Of a stretch of DNA of 17,301 bases, positions 14,959 through 17,301 are shown one piece after another (position 1 is the first letter of the stretch; every line of letters starts with the position of its first letter). A program made the translations under genes and the position numbers. Source of the stretch: Candidatus Thorarchaeota archaeon (lineage in GTDB: Archaea; Asgardarchaeota; Thorarchaeia; Thorarchaeales; Thorarchaeaceae); NCBI GenBank assembly GCA_016839445.1, contig JAEOUG010000023.1:1-17301 (forward strand), in the 5' to 3' direction. The notes under the pieces were generated by a model. That model was not told the DNA's origin, searched no databases, and saw only the letters and a program-made list of their open reading frames with translations.

Positions 14959-16233
14959 TCAGTCAGAGCCGCTCGTGTCAACACTCTCAAGGATTCGATC
15001 TGCAGACTTCTTCACCTTGGTTCTGTACCCCCGCGTGGTGTAGATTCGGACAGGCTTGAGGATTCTAGAGAAGCTTCTGGCCATCAGACTCATGTCCGAG
15101 ACTCGCCAGAACTCATATCCAGTTGACCCTCGCTCGAAAAGCGCAATCTCGTCGAAGTTGTAGCGTCCGGGATAGAAAGTCACAGAGGGCCTGTCGGGAA
15201 AGTCAACATAGACGTTCCGGGGATCTATGTCCGCATCTTCCGCAATCTCGCTCTCGATGGAGTAGAGACCATCGGCTGTGCTGAGCTTGTCCAGAAAGAC
15301 TGGATCGGAGATTGCCCTAGCGCTGACCATTTTTATGAGGTAGCGCCTGTTGAATTCTTCAAAGATACGACTTGCCTCTTTCATCTCCTCTGAAGACTCA
15401 GGCTCAACGTGCAGGAGATCGTGAAGGAATGTGAGGTCATCACACAAGAAGAAGCTATCAGGATTCTCACTTGGCATGGGCAGTATCTGTGACCCAGCCA
15501 CGTCCAGCACCCGAAGGAGCATGAGCTCAGCGGCTCGAACCGTCTTGTGGAAATAGATGGCATCGAACATATTGGCGGCAGCGGCAAAATACGCCTCAAG
15601 AGTGAAGAGAGAAGTGCGCTCTACAGCCAACCGATTCTTAGCGACCTTCGTTGCTGCGAACAGCCTTCTAAAGTCTAGCTGGGCATATTCAACACCCGCG
15701 AAGTACGCGTCACGAGAGATGTCATCAATCAGCTCAGGATTGATCGAACAGGTTGTCAAGTCAATGTACAGGTTCTTGAGAGGAATCCCTCTATCTACGA
15801 GAGCAATAGCCTCCTTCTTGGAAATGCCATTCTTCTGCAGCTGGTCACCCACACTTGTCTTGCTGACAAGAATGGACACCAACTTCTTCCGGCTAGTACC
15901 CCGTACTTCCAGATACTCTCTCATGACATTGGCCCACGGACCAGTTGCCAGCATCAACAGCAGCGCTGCGATTCGCCCATTCTGGACCTCCTCAAGGCCG
16001 CCGTCGAGGTGTTCAAAGAAGATCTCTGTCATGTGCATGAAGCCAAGCGTTCGACCCATGAGAGCAATGTCTGCACCGGGGTAGACCAAGGAGAGGCCAG
16101 CAGGCTCACGGATGTATCGGAGCCTCTGAGAAACCCTCTGGTCGATGATGTCCTTCTCCACAGCGGACAGGGAAACGTATCCGTGAATGGGATCCTTGAT
16201 CTGCACAACGGATGGGAAGTCAGTCACAGGCAT
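14959..16233 (-). CDS. SAMHD1/YdhJ-like HD-superfamily phosphohydrolase homolog with degenerate active site
   Basis: IKDPIHGYV, IID....QRLRYI, LVYPGA, RDAYFAGVEY, IYFHKTVRAAELML are family hallmarks, but the HD motif and other metal ligands are missing. ATG 16233 is preferred because ATG 16269 overlaps the TATA-like TTTAATAT. Confidence 0.88.
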   Translation of the reverse strand: MPVTDFPSVVQIKDPIHGYVSLSAVEKDIIDQRVSQRLRYIREPAGLSLVYPGADIALMGRTLGFMHMTEIFFEHLDGGLEEVQNGRIAALLLMLATGPWANVMREYLEVRGTSRKKLVSILVSKTSVGDQLQKNGISKKEAIALVDRGIPLKNLYIDLTTCSINPELIDDISRDAYFAGVEYAQLDFRRLFAATKVAKNRLAVERTSLFTLEAYFAAAANMFDAIYFHKTVRAAELMLLRVLDVAGSQILPMPSENPDSFFLCDDLTFLHDLLHVEPESSEEMKEASRIFEEFNRRYLIKMVSARAISDPVFLDKLSTADGLYSIESEIAEDADIDPRNVYVDFPDRPSVTFYPGRYNFDEIALFERGSTGYEFWRVSDMSLMARSFSRILKPVRIYTTRGYRTKVKKSADRILESVDTSGSD

Positions 16234-16267
16234 TGTAAATCCGACCCGTTCTAACCTCCTGAGAGGC

Positions 16268-16318
16268 ATATTAAACTTCGCGACTGCAGCTCAGTTGCTC
16301 CTAGGAGAAGCTTAAGAA
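16268..16318. promoter_or_regulatory. Divergent promoter region with two TATA-like boxes
   Basis: Minus-strand TTTAATAT (16275-16268) about 35 nt before ATG 16233. Plus-strand CTTAAGAA (16311-16318) about 25 nt before ATG 16343, consistent with a leaderless transcript. Confidence 0.5.
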
Positions 16319-16342
16319 GGGGTTAGGCAGGACCAACTCACC

Positions 16343-17301
16343 ATGAAGCGGCTGTGGATAGCACTTGTCCTGTGTTTCGTTCTTGTGGCGCCCCCTCTCT
16401 CTGTGGGTCAACCACAACTCTCAAGCGGACTAGTGACCTCACAACAGCCAGAGTCATTGTTCCCCCACGTGTATGGCGAGGACCTTTCGGAATTCATCTA
16501 CTATCAGACACTGACGAGTAGGATTACAGACTATGTGGAGAAGTTCACAGAGAATGGTACCAGATACATCATGGACTTCTCTCAGGCAGACATGGGATCC
16601 AACATGTATGCACGAAACTACCTTGTGCAAAAGTTCGACGAGCTCTCGAATGGAAGAGTGGAAACGGAGATCATTGGCACCTACCGGAACATCGTATCCA
16701 AGCTACCAGGCTATCTGCCAGGCGACAACCCGGTTTTCATCGTTTCCGCGCACTATGACTCGGCGGACGGCTCGCCAGGTGCCAACTGCGACGGAAGCGG
16801 AATCGGCGTGATGATGGAACTCATGGATGTAATGGCGGACTTCGCGTGGCCGCTCGACATTTACTTCGTGGCCTTTAACGGTCTATTTGGGCAGAGCCCT
16901 CGTGGTGGTAGCCCGCAGGTCGCGAACTGGTTCATGGTGAACGAGATAGACATACTGATGCTATACAATGTCGACACGATTCTTGTCCCTGACACCGCCC
17001 TACCAACAGACCAGAGAATCCAGATGGGATATAGTGTTGGAGCACCATACCACATCTCACACTACTGGGCAGACCTTGCGAGAACTATAAGCAACAACAT
17101 TGGTTCAAACCTCATCAGGCCTGTCCCCTCGAACGCGTTCTATCTCTGGACGAATTCTGATCACTACAGCTTCGACGAGAGGGGAATGCAGAGTGTGACA
17201 TGCTTCTTCGAGTCTGGCCTTGCCTTGGATGGAGCGTATCAGAACAGAGCAGACCGCTATAGCAACTACCGCTATCAGTACTACCTTGCACGAGAGGTGG
17301 C
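16343..17301 (+). CDS. Secreted M28 peptidase-family protein, 3'-partial, with degenerate metal and catalytic site (not in the ORF track)
   Basis: Manual translation is open to the window end: signal peptide MKRLWIALVLCFVLVAP, RNIVSKLPG, IVSAHYDS...PGANCDGSG, IYFVAFNGLFG...GS, YNVDTI, SDHYSF, YQNRAD. Confidence 0.88.
   Translation, partial: MKRLWIALVLCFVLVAPPLSVGQPQLSSGLVTSQQPESLFPHVYGEDLSEFIYYQTLTSRITDYVEKFTENGTRYIMDFSQADMGSNMYARNYLVQKFDELSNGRVETEIIGTYRNIVSKLPGYLPGDNPVFIVSAHYDSADGSPGANCDGSGIGVMMELMDVMADFAWPLDIYFVAFNGLFGQSPRGGSPQVANWFMVNEIDILMLYNVDTILVPDTALPTDQRIQMGYSVGAPYHISHYWADLARTISNNIGSNLIRPVPSNAFYLWTNSDHYSFDERGMQSVTCFFESGLALDGAYQNRADRYSNYRYQYYLAREV

Noticed and set aside
2181-16084. 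Many antisense or alternate-frame ORFs (e.g. 2181-2621, 4058-4573, 4784-5251, 9028-9564, 15557-16084)
   Set aside because: They are shadows of well-supported genes, Ser/Arg/Thr-rich, with no recognisable motifs.

Overview
Archaeal chromosomal window, most likely from an Asgard archaeon (Thorarchaeota-like). This is inferred from a longin-domain protein, adaptin/coatomer-appendage-like domains, ZPR1, DUF2070, an intron-containing tRNA and TATA-type promoters. Left to right: a 3'-truncated intron-containing tRNA-Ala(UGC); ZPR1; a longin + winged-helix (NPRL2-like) protein followed by a multi-TM sensor-like protein; a PadR-heterodimeric ABC exporter operon with a clear tandem operator; DUF2070; ubiX; two tandem paralogous genes; a small membrane protein; and a divergent pair of apparent pseudo-enzymes (a SAMHD1/YdhJ-like HD protein lacking its HD motif, and a secreted M28 peptidase homolog lacking its EE motif, partial and absent from the ORF track). 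The most striking feature is the paralog pair at 10129-14330. Each encodes eight CxxC-x21-C(xxGH/xxHG) metal-binding modules on a 54/62-aa alternating period (4 x 116 aa), then an adaptin/COP appendage-like region and a C-terminal Cys4 ribbon. All family assignments are by eye from motifs; no searches were run. No CRISPR array or mobile element was seen.
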